From Candidatus Bathyarchaeota archaeon (GTDB lineage: Archaea > Thermoproteota > Bathyarchaeia > 40CM-2-53-6), in the NCBI GenBank assembly GCA_963733055.1, contig CAVTBR010000003.1, positions 416,001-480,000 on the forward strand: DNA of 64,000 nucleotides, given 5' to 3'. Position numbers and translations under genes: made by a program. Shown piece by piece: positions 29,233-37,473 of the stretch. Position 1 is the stretch's first letter. Each line of letters opens with the position of its first letter. The notes beneath the pieces were generated by a model. The model made no database searches. It was not told the origin of the DNA and saw only the letters and a list, made by a program, of their open reading frames with translations.

Positions 29233-29844
29233 GTGAGCGTTTCAGGGCGGGTTAGATCGAGGAGGAAAGTCATACGGCGTACGAGGCCTAGGGCAAGTCG
29301 CTCGCGGAATAGGAGATTGGCGGTTCTCAGTGTGGCCCTTATCGCAGCGATATCCGTAGCTGTTGCCGGATTTCTCTTCTACGGCAATCTGGTTCCGAAT
29401 ACACCGACGGTCGTGGTAGTGGTAATTCCTAACGGGGCGAGCGCGAATCTTCATTTGGGGTTCGAACCGGCTAAGATCACGATAGTGATTGGAGTCAACA
29501 ATACTGTCGTTTGGAAGAACGAGGATTCGGACTGGCACACGGCTCACAGCAACATTCCGGAGTTCAATTCTGGGTTAATTCAAGCAGGGGATAGCTTCAC
29601 ACATACCTTTCAGCGAGCGGGAACCTATCCGTATCACTGCGACCCACACCCATGGATGACTGGAGTCGTTATTGTGAAGACAGTCTCAACTACCGCCATA
29701 GTTAGCTACTGGCCGTTCGAGCAGGGCAGGCTTCCCCAATTAGGCGTCGATAGTCAACTAATCGTCAACTCCGAGAACTTACCCGCGATCGCTTTACCCC
29801 ACGACGGCGCGATTTCTTTGACTCACGACTCCTTATCACTATGA
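29233..29844 (+). CDS. Membrane-anchored type-1 blue copper protein (plastocyanin/halocyanin-like)
   Basis: FEPAKITI..GVNNTVVW.N.D..WHT; YHCDPHPWM ligand loop. Confidence 0.88.
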   Translation: MSVSGRVRSRRKVIRRTRPRASRSRNRRLAVLSVALIAAISVAVAGFLFYGNLVPNTPTVVVVVIPNGASANLHLGFEPAKITIVIGVNNTVVWKNEDSDWHTAHSNIPEFNSGLIQAGDSFTHTFQRAGTYPYHCDPHPWMTGVVIVKTVSTTAIVSYWPFEQGRLPQLGVDSQLIVNSENLPAIALPHDGAISLTHDSLSL

Positions 29845-30298
29845 ATAAACCCATGAGGATCGCGACAGCACCACCTGCAGTCAGATAATCATTGAATCGT
29901 GATTGAAGTGCTGTCGAAAGATATTCCACGCTAATAGATTCCGGGTTGCTGAGCTGCTTCGTGTACAACGCGAACTGGTCGTAACTTGGGTTCGGGGCTG
30001 GTTGAACTGCTTCAATCTGCACAGTGGCCGTGCAACCGGGACATATCGTAACTGGGTCCGAGATTCTTGGGTGCGTATCAATCAAGTCTTCAATTACAAC
30101 TACAACCGTTACATTCGATGATCCGTAATTACGAATGGCTACCGAATCAAAGTACACCCCATTCAGATCGACAGACCCACTTTGTGGCATTAGGATGTTA
30201 ACAGGGGGTACAGGTTTCGGCGTGACAGATAATGCCAGCAAGATAACGCCCGCCAGCACGAGCACTAAACCCAACACCAAATTCAAACGAACCCTCAC
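29765..30298 (-). CDS. Hypothetical membrane protein (two terminal TM helices, CPGC motif)
   Basis: Hydrophobic termini, basic tail. Confidence 0.6.
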   Translation of the reverse strand: MRVRLNLVLGLVLVLAGVILLALSVTPKPVPPVNILMPQSGSVDLNGVYFDSVAIRNYGSSNVTVVVVIEDLIDTHPRISDPVTICPGCTATVQIEAVQPAPNPSYDQFALYTKQLSNPESISVEYLSTALQSRFNDYLTAGGAVAILMGLFIVIRSRESKKSRRRGVKRSRVSSRS

Positions 30299-30368
30299 CT
30301 AACAGTCCTCCAACTCACAATTCCCGGCCAAGACCAATACGGTTACGAGAGTACAATCCATGTTAACA

Positions 30369-30386
30369 AGGATTAAGCTTAATCCT
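30369..30386. promoter_or_regulatory. Perfect 18-bp palindrome AGGATTAAGCTTAATCCT
   Basis: Self-reverse-complementary; intergenic, about 70 nt upstream of the 29765-30298 gene. Confidence 0.45.
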
Positions 30387-30450
30387 GATTGTTATTCACG
30401 CGTAGCAAATTAATTCGATTCGGGACGTGCGGTCTGAATTTGCCCATTAG

Positions 30451-30921
30451 TCAGTCGGAAACAATCAGGCGACTCACCATGAAGGCATGAACGGTGCAGA
30501 AGATGTTGCAATATATCACGAACGTGCCTGGCACGGTTGCTGAGAAGACGATTCTGTAGGCATCGCCGGGTGCCATAACTACGCCCGTATCGAAGTATGT
30601 TTGTATCGCAAAACCGTGTGCCTGAGACGTGTCCTCATTGCACACCACGATTCGAACGACATCCCCTTCGTGTACATGGATAACAGGCCATGGATTCAAC
30701 GGAGCCCCATGACTGATACTGTCGTTGAATCCCGAGAGGTCCGCGATGATGAGAAAGAATCCCGGCGGTCGAACGCAAGTCGATGAGGTGACGCTTACAA
30801 CTGGCAGAGGATTACCGGAACCGTGTGGAGGCGGAATGGAAACAATCCCCGTGACAAAACTGATGAGTAAGATCGCGGCAACCGCCGCGGCCCCCGCGAC
30901 TAATCTCCAAGAGTGAGACAT
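30451..30921 (-). CDS. Membrane-anchored CuA-like cupredoxin (CoxII/NosZ C-terminal type)
   Basis: GDVVRI...AHGFAI; YCNIFCTVHAFM. Confidence 0.8.
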   Translation of the reverse strand: MSHSWRLVAGAAAVAAILLISFVTGIVSIPPPHGSGNPLPVVSVTSSTCVRPPGFFLIIADLSGFNDSISHGAPLNPWPVIHVHEGDVVRIVVCNEDTSQAHGFAIQTYFDTGVVMAPGDAYRIVFSATVPGTFVIYCNIFCTVHAFMVSRLIVSD

Positions 30922-31026
30922 TGACGACGCGCCCCTTAGGAATCACGTGTAGGATTCGCATCGGATTGGAACACGTCTCAGTCTCTTGAAGATAGGCTTG
31001 CCGATTGCTCTCGACCTCGCCTTGGA

Positions 31027-31857
31027 CTAATGTTTGAAGTACCGTCTGATCCATAAAGGAATGATAGTGGCGTCTGAGGCCACACACATGGCAACCATAG
31101 TTGCTCCTGCTTCCACTTGTTGAGGTGCTGGATAGGAGCCGTAGACCGCTATCGGTGCCACTAGCAAGTACGCTCCAAAGATCGCCATCGCCTTACACCC
31201 TAGAAGGTACGTCAACAAACGCATGCCAAGGGTCAGGCGCGTGAACCCGACGTAAATTAGCACGCCTGCAAAAAATACTGAGACATGCATGATCCAATGC
31301 AGTTGGAATTGAAGGAGAGCCTGGTCAAGAATCGATGGGACATGCCAAAATACAATTATCAACACTGCAGCAGCTAAACATGGCAAGCCTTTCCAGTTCA
31401 CGGCTCTATTCACTGACCCGAGAAGAGATGAAGCGTCAGCCAGGTTCCTCGACATCATTCTCCCTGCTGAAAGAAAGGTTCGCAGTGAGGCAGCCAGGGC
31501 GTAGCCGGCAATTAGAAGCAACACGTCGGAGACCATGAGCAGAACCTCCGGCGCAACATTCAACTCCGAAGAAAGAGCAAAGAAAACATAATCGATCGGT
31601 TCAATCGGCGTGAGCATTGCGATTATCAGAATCGAACTTAGGATGAGAAGGATCATCCCCCGAAACGCCGCCCTCCGAACAAACGCTCGGTCTAATTCGA
31701 ACCCAAACACCACAGACGCCTCTCTAGCCTCAGCAGGTATCCATTGAAAAACGTAGTTGAATAGCGAATCTGGAACACTGCAGAGTAAGAGGTGCAAAGT
31801 CTCAGGTCGAGATTTCGACCCGCGATCCAATACTACGCTCTCGCCGAGCTCGACCAA
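31027..31857 (-). CDS. CtaG(caa3)/DUF1404-like membrane assembly factor
   Basis: FWHVP..D.A......HWIMH; YGSYPAPQQVEAG..M. Confidence 0.7.
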   Translation of the reverse strand: MVELGESVVLDRGSKSRPETLHLLLCSVPDSLFNYVFQWIPAEAREASVVFGFELDRAFVRRAAFRGMILLILSSILIIAMLTPIEPIDYVFFALSSELNVAPEVLLMVSDVLLLIAGYALAASLRTFLSAGRMMSRNLADASSLLGSVNRAVNWKGLPCLAAAVLIIVFWHVPSILDQALLQFQLHWIMHVSVFFAGVLIYVGFTRLTLGMRLLTYLLGCKAMAIFGAYLLVAPIAVYGSYPAPQQVEAGATMVAMCVASDATIIPLWIRRYFKH

Positions 31858-32464
31858 TCTGAACAGTTAATGGAATGATAATGCTCAACGAAAAGAAAGC
31901 GGCCAAACCCACTATCAACCCCGGAAGGATGGAGCGATAGCTCAAGGAGGGCACCACTCCTTCGACGTGTATGATTATGAGAACGAGGACGATGAGCATT
32001 AACCAGACATGGATTTTCTTGTGTCGGCCGAAATTTCGGGATTTCCTCGCAGACTCCGTGAGCAGCCCCGAAAGATTCAGGACGAGCAATATTGCGAACG
32101 CTACTGCACCCAACCAGAGTGCGAGGCTTGGTTCGAGAAGACTGGGAAGAAACAAGAAACCATGGATGACTAGGAAAACGGTAACGACAATCGACAATGC
32201 GGAATGCATGCCGCCCCACTTGAAGATCGCCGACTGGTAGGACGAATGATGATTGCTGTTCGATCCATCAATTTTCGGGTGGCTCTTCCGAATCCAAAAT
32301 CCTTGGAGCATAAGCATCAGGAAAGCTGTGATAGTACTCCATCCGATAACGCCCGCGTAACCTGACATCAGGGACTGGGGTTCGACGAGAAGGAAAGTGA
32401 GCATTAGTGCAACTGCGGATCCTAGGAAACCTTCCACGGCCCACAGTTTCATGTGCATTACCAA
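31802..32464 (-). CDS. Putative di-heme b membrane protein (ferric-reductase-like TM domain)
   Basis: Two TM helices each with a His pair: MHSALSIVVTVFLVIHG and IHVWLMLIVLVLIIIHV. Confidence 0.6.
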   Translation of the reverse strand: MVMHMKLWAVEGFLGSAVALMLTFLLVEPQSLMSGYAGVIGWSTITAFLMLMLQGFWIRKSHPKIDGSNSNHHSSYQSAIFKWGGMHSALSIVVTVFLVIHGFLFLPSLLEPSLALWLGAVAFAILLVLNLSGLLTESARKSRNFGRHKKIHVWLMLIVLVLIIIHVEGVVPSLSYRSILPGLIVGLAAFFSLSIIIPLTVQIGRARRERSIGSRVEIST

Positions 32465-32568
32465 AGCCTCAGGGCTTCATTGTCAATGAGTATTCATATT
32501 CCTCGCTAGCAGTGTTATAGAATCCAGTTCGATTAATCTGTCCTGGTATTTTGAAAGAATGATTCCCT

Positions 32569-32844
32569 CTAAGGGAAGAAGAAGTTGGACAAGAGTAGGA
32601 GAATCAAACCCAGCGAGCCTACGAGGACCCAGCCTCGAGCGAAAGCCTCTCCCCACTTATCGTGCGTGTATACGGAAGCGACAATTGAGAACGACAACAG
32701 ATTAACCCCGAGAAACACAGCGAACCTGGCGTCGCTCAGGGTTCCAACTGCACTTCCAATCCACAGATAGCCGATCGTAGTAACCTGAAGTGCAAGAAGC
32801 AGCGCTACAACTCTTTTAATGGGACTCATTTGTCGACCATCCAA
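32569..32844 (-). CDS. Small 3-TM protein at the end of the Rieske/cyt b operon
   Basis: Overlaps the cyt b stop; hydrophobic. Confidence 0.6.
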   Translation of the reverse strand: MDGRQMSPIKRVVALLLALQVTTIGYLWIGSAVGTLSDARFAVFLGVNLLSFSIVASVYTHDKWGEAFARGWVLVGSLGLILLLLSNFFFP

Positions 32845-34297
32845 TTTCGAGCCAACCGAATCTTCTCTTGAGCGAAGCTCCCGCCAACTCTATCCGATAC
32901 ATGAAGAAGATTGTGGAAAATACCACGATCCCTAGGAACGCAGCCGACAGGCCCAATTGAAGAATACTCGGAGTACTCATTCCGTAGATGGCCAAGTGCA
33001 CTACCGCGTTCAAGGAGGCACCGATGGCCAATGCTCCGCCTGAAAGGAGCAGCACAAAGGACAGTGCTGTCCTGAATCTTCCTCGAGGTTTCGAAATTCT
33101 CTCTCTGCGTGATTTGCGTGCACTTCTCGATTCGACGAGAGTGTAGAGCGCGAACGAGGAAGTCCCAACTAGAAGTGCGATTGCCCCAAGCACCATGGCC
33201 GCTTCCTCCGTTGGGATCACTTGCCCAGGAGACTCCAGCCCCCAGTACGCGAGGACAAAGATTTCCGCGATGAAGATCAACCCTAACGTTACGAATACTG
33301 GCCTCTGAGCTACCCTCCTAGAGGAACCTCTGTCCATGAATGGGAGCGCAATTAACACCACAAAAAGGAGAGTGACCACACCTAACGCCACTGGCAACCC
33401 CGCTCCTTCGAAAACAGAGATTTTCAGAATCTGGTATATCCAAAGGAAGTACCAATCTGGTTGTGCGGTGAATTGGGCCGCGAGCTGAGGGGAGTACATG
33501 GGAGGTAGACTCAGCGGGAAGATTGCAGAGATCAGAAGCATCGCGCTACCGAACATAGCCGCGAGGCCGAGTAGGTAAATCGTGACGTCAGGAAATATTG
33601 GAAGACTACGGCTGGCCTTTTGATCGACTGGGGAACCCGTGGTAGGTTCGGCTATTCCATGAACTTCAAGCATGTACATTTTCACCGTAAGAAGAATCAA
33701 CAAGACTGCTGGCAGAACTACAACATGCAAATCGTAGAATCTGAGAAGTTCCGTTGCGTCGCCGCCGGCTCCTACGATTAGGAAGCTAAGGAAGTTAGAG
33801 ATTGCGCCGGGCAGGGCATCGATAATGCCTACTCCAACATCAGTTGCAGACTTTGAGACAACCGTCCACGGCAGCAGGTAGCCTGTAAACCCGAAGCCCA
33901 GCGTAACAAACCCCATTATCATACCGACGACCCACATCACCTCCCTTGGCTTCTTGTATACGGAGACGAAGTAGCCGCGCATCATGTGCATGAAGGCAAG
34001 CATGATCATAGCGTACGCGGTGTAGAGATGCACGGTTTGAAGGAATCTTCCGTAATACACATTTTGAAAGATGTATTGAGTCGAACTGAAAGCTTCAGTA
34101 GGGCTGGGTACGTAGTAGAGCATCATCATGATTCCTGTTACGCCTTGAATTAGAAAGGCGACTACGGTTAATGCACCAAGCCAGTAGAACGGGTTGATGG
34201 AATACCTCGGCGCGGGCCTAAGGAGAGGATAGGTTAAACCAAGTCGCGCGTCGAACCAGGCCGCTAGCCGCGCCCATCGTCCCGCTGTTTCAGTCAC
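32816..34297 (-). CDS. Cytochrome b of a Rieske/cyt b complex (b + subunit IV fused, extra TM helices; QcrB/SoxN-like)
   Basis: YWLGAL, QGVTG, VHLYTA...MHMMR, GFTGYLLPW, RFYDLH, QPDWY. Confidence 0.92.
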   Translation of the reverse strand: MTETAGRWARLAAWFDARLGLTYPLLRPAPRYSINPFYWLGALTVVAFLIQGVTGIMMMLYYVPSPTEAFSSTQYIFQNVYYGRFLQTVHLYTAYAMIMLAFMHMMRGYFVSVYKKPREVMWVVGMIMGFVTLGFGFTGYLLPWTVVSKSATDVGVGIIDALPGAISNFLSFLIVGAGGDATELLRFYDLHVVVLPAVLLILLTVKMYMLEVHGIAEPTTGSPVDQKASRSLPIFPDVTIYLLGLAAMFGSAMLLISAIFPLSLPPMYSPQLAAQFTAQPDWYFLWIYQILKISVFEGAGLPVALGVVTLLFVVLIALPFMDRGSSRRVAQRPVFVTLGLIFIAEIFVLAYWGLESPGQVIPTEEAAMVLGAIALLVGTSSFALYTLVESRSARKSRRERISKPRGRFRTALSFVLLLSGGALAIGASLNAVVHLAIYGMSTPSILQLGLSAAFLGIVVFSTIFFMYRIELAGASLKRRFGWLEIGWSTNESH

Positions 34298-34303
34298 TCT
34301 GGC

Positions 34304-34955
34304 CTAACCTACCGGGTTTCCACCTTGCAGGTCACCGGATACATCGTTTGAGCCGGTGTTATGACCGAAAATTGTTGGCGGCCCCATGCCAGTCGCGAAG
34401 ATATTACCTGAAGTGTCGACCTCCAATAACACCTGAGGTTGAGGCCTCGGTGACGGCCCCCCAATTACATTCGCCTTGTTTGCGAGATCAAATACGCTTC
34501 CGTGACAGCAGCAATATCCTACTGGACGATCCGCTTTGTATGCGGGGTTGCAGGCAGGCGAACTACCCGGCGCTTGAAATCCGTAAATACATCCGAGGTG
34601 CTGACAAATGCTGCTGAAAGCCACAATGTCCTCGTCTGGACCTACGCCTCCGTCGGACTTTGTTCCTAGCTTGACTAGAATATTCGGTTCGTTGTCGAGC
34701 GGATAATTGAAAGATATTGGTTGACCTAAGGTTAGAGCGCTGAGCTGAGCAACTTTCACTTTGGGAAATTGTCTTGTCCCCGATGCCCCCGTTGTCCCAC
34801 CTGCGGAAGGCGCAGGATTCGTGACGGACTTAAGTACCGCAGCTATTCCGCCAACCGCAGAGCAACGTAGAAAACGCCATCGCAAATTTGAGAAAGTTTC
34901 GCTTTGACTCTTTCTTTCGATCTGAAGCAGACTCTCCGTTACTCTCTCGGACCAT
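34304..34955 (-). CDS. Rieske [2Fe-2S] protein (SoxL/AioB-like); one-base frameshift near 34860 separates the Tat-like leader
   Basis: CQHLGC and CCCHGS boxes, GGVGPDEDIVAFS, GGPSPRPQP; upstream frame from ATG 34955 gives SKRNFLKFAMAF. Confidence 0.88.
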
Positions 34956-34958
34956 GAT

Positions 34959-36092
34959 TTACACCGTGTTTTCTTTACGCCTGGGGCGAACGACCGTTCC
35001 GATTATTGCCCCGACCACCAGTAGCCCGACACCTACAGCGGCGGCAAGAGTCGGTGAGATCCCGCTTGCCGGAGCGGGGGCAGTCGGAGTGGGCGATGGT
35101 GGCGCTTGATCGCTAACGGTTAAGGTGTACCACTGCGATACGGATTTTATGTGCGAAGATTCCCCCATTTTTCCGTTCCAGACGGCAAAGGCGACATAGT
35201 AGTTCGAACCTGTCGCAAGTTGCACTCGGTACTGAGACGCGTCTGACATTGAGAAACTCCGTACCATTTCAACCGTCCATGTCTTGTTTGAATCAGAGAA
35301 ATAATTTCCGACATGCACGGCATACGGGTCGGCATATGGGTCGAGATTTGGTGAGCTGGCACCGAAGCTGCCACCGATCACGTAAAACCCGGTTGTGTTC
35401 GTATAATCGTCCTCTGCAAACGACACATTATTGTTGGGAAAGATCGCGGACCCTGAAGGATTCGTGTAGCCTCCGGGAAACGAAGTGTCACTCGCACTGT
35501 TATCCGTCGGCACCGATTGCCAATGCCAGATGTCTGCCGCCCCACCGGTGATCGCACCGTTTGACCCCAAGACCATAACTGGTGACTGTTGGCGCGTTGC
35601 GGGGGTTTGCAGAAACCAGAGCATGGCAACCCTGTCTGGATAATAATACGTTGAGTTGTAGAACAGTTGTTTCACATTCGTGGTGCCCGCTGGGTTGAGC
35701 GGAATCAGCGTCCCATTCGGAGCGGCGTAAACTTCAGTGGATGAACCGAAGGAGGGCCCCATTGAGTCATTCCATCGAAATATGACGTAGATGTTGAATC
35801 CGTCATTAGCAGATTTCACCAGGATATTCGAAGTCTGCCCCCCTCCTGGTGACACCGATGCAGCCAGTGGAACATCAGTCCAACCAATTCCATTCCAAAA
35901 CGACTCGCTACCAGGAGCGGTATAATTTGGCGCGCCACTCACCCGATAAGATGTCAAGGCCACAAAGGACCCTTGCGCCCTTACAACTCCCGTTCCGCCC
36001 CAACCGATTACAACGGCCAAGAACAAGACTGCTAGCAAACCAAGGGCAACGATAGACTGCTTACTTCTCCGTCTCGTTTTGATGGACAACAT
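34959..36092 (-). CDS. Membrane-anchored DOMON/EbdC-type heme-b protein (cytochrome b558/566 CbsA-like)
   Basis: VKSANDG.NIYVIFRWND, YPDRVAMLW, ADIWHW, WTVEMVR, VAFAVWNG...K; signal and C-terminal TM. Confidence 0.78.
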   Translation of the reverse strand: MLSIKTRRRSKQSIVALGLLAVLFLAVVIGWGGTGVVRAQGSFVALTSYRVSGAPNYTAPGSESFWNGIGWTDVPLAASVSPGGGQTSNILVKSANDGFNIYVIFRWNDSMGPSFGSSTEVYAAPNGTLIPLNPAGTTNVKQLFYNSTYYYPDRVAMLWFLQTPATRQQSPVMVLGSNGAITGGAADIWHWQSVPTDNSASDTSFPGGYTNPSGSAIFPNNNVSFAEDDYTNTTGFYVIGGSFGASSPNLDPYADPYAVHVGNYFSDSNKTWTVEMVRSFSMSDASQYRVQLATGSNYYVAFAVWNGKMGESSHIKSVSQWYTLTVSDQAPPSPTPTAPAPASGISPTLAAAVGVGLLVVGAIIGTVVRPRRKENTV

Positions 36093-36201
36093 AATTCGAA
36101 CTATCCGTATATCATGTGCATTTAAAGGAAATTCTTGAACCCCTACCATTGATTCTAGCCATTTTAATCGTCAAAACTATTTCGCACGCTGAAGATCCGA
36201 G

Positions 36202-36693
36202 TTACGTTTTCGATGCCGCGGGTGGCTTCCAGGTCAAAGCGAATATTCCGCCAAGTACTCCAAGTATCAGCCCAACTCCGAATCCTGCCATCGCACTGCC
36301 AAATATGCTGAGCACGGAGAAGATTAGGATTAGTAGACCCCACTTCGAATGTTCTATGGGTTTGTTGTAGAGCATAACTGCGCTGATTACGACTACTATT
36401 CCGAATAGTATGCCGGCGAGGCCGAATATTCCGCCGAATCCGTATCCTCCCATCATACCGAAACCAGGGCCAGACAAGTATCGGCCCATCATCCCTCCGT
36501 ACCATTCATTTCCACCGTATCCTCCATATCCCGAATAGCCGTTCATCATTCCTCCATAACCAGAGTAGCCACTCATCATCCCGCCTAGACCATAAGGACC
36601 GATCATTGACATCATTCCTCCCCCAACCAGAATGAAGACGCCCCCAATCAGTGAGAGTATGAAAGCGACGGTAGGTTTCTCTTCTGCTGTCAT
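36202..36693 (-). CDS. Small membrane protein with Gly/Met/Tyr-rich loop
   Basis: KPTVAFILSLIGG...GGMM repeats...GLILGVLGGIFAL. Confidence 0.7.
   Translation of the reverse strand: MTAEEKPTVAFILSLIGGVFILVGGGMMSMIGPYGLGGMMSGYSGYGGMMNGYSGYGGYGGNEWYGGMMGRYLSGPGFGMMGGYGFGGIFGLAGILFGIVVVISAVMLYNKPIEHSKWGLLILIFSVLSIFGSAMAGFGVGLILGVLGGIFALTWKPPAASKT
36521..36580. repeat. Two imperfect 30-bp tandem repeats encoding GGMM(S/N)GYSGY
   Basis: cctccatatcccgaatagccgttcatcatt / cctccataaccagagtagccactcatcatc. Confidence 0.7.
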
Positions 36694-36712
36694 GCTTTGA
36701 TTTCGTCTCTGT

Positions 36713-37441
36713 CTAAGTGAATTCGACTTCCTGTATAAAGTCCCCATGCCAGGAATGATACCAGACTTGCCCCGTACTACCATTAACACTCAACATTCCG
36801 GCAATTTTCCCATTAACTGTGAAATCGAACGTGTAGTATCCGTAAAATCTCGTTCCCATCTCTACCTTTGCGTTGCTGAAGTTTGACATTAAGTATGTTT
36901 GCGCGAGCTGCGCTGCCTTGTCCTGCGAAACCGTCATTGTAGAGGACCATTGGTTTCCGTAGTAGCCCATCATTCCGTTGTTCATGGCGCTGTACTTGGC
37001 GTTCCAGATCATATTTGGCCCAGGTTCAGGCATCATGATACCGACCGCGATGCGTCCGTACATCATTCCTCCACCCATCATTCCTGATGGTGGAACTTGC
37101 TTCCAAATGAGCATCTCGAATGCCCCTCGGCCAGTGTCCTTCTCGTAATAGATTACGTAGAAGTTGTATTGGAACTCCATTATCTCCTTAACAGCCAAGT
37201 TAGAATTCCCGGTCAACGCGAGGTTTTGTTGCGCGATCGTCTCGGCTTGCGCCAACGTCAGCGGAGTGCTCGACGACGACTGGAGTTGCTGATACGGTTG
37301 TCCAGTAATCAATTGGTTGCTGTACCCGCCGCCCTGGTACGACGTAGGCGGGGGGACAGACATTGAGTAGACGGCAGTTAGCCCCAGACTTCCAAGACCT
37401 ATCGCAACTAACAGGATTGCGAGAACATTGCTCTTACTCAT
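36713..37441 (-). CDS. Met-rich PepSY-like exported protein, of a type seen in metal loci
   Basis: EIMEFQYNFY, PEPGPNMIWN.KY, FYGYYT, GMLSVNG.TGQVWYHSWHG. Confidence 0.7.
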   Translation of the reverse strand: MSKSNVLAILLVAIGLGSLGLTAVYSMSVPPPTSYQGGGYSNQLITGQPYQQLQSSSSTPLTLAQAETIAQQNLALTGNSNLAVKEIMEFQYNFYVIYYEKDTGRGAFEMLIWKQVPPSGMMGGGMMYGRIAVGIMMPEPGPNMIWNAKYSAMNNGMMGYYGNQWSSTMTVSQDKAAQLAQTYLMSNFSNAKVEMGTRFYGYYTFDFTVNGKIAGMLSVNGSTGQVWYHSWHGDFIQEVEFT

Positions 37442-37473
37442 TCTAAATACGTATCCCTGTCTGAGCATCTGCT

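Noticed and set aside
30451-31857. Heme-copper terminal oxidase operon
   Set aside because: CuA-like and CtaG-like genes are present, but there is no 12-TM subunit I with HPxVY/HH motifs in the window
34304-34955. Arsenite oxidase (aioBA)
   Set aside because: The Rieske protein resembles AioB, but no molybdopterin AioA gene is adjacent and the next gene is cytochrome b
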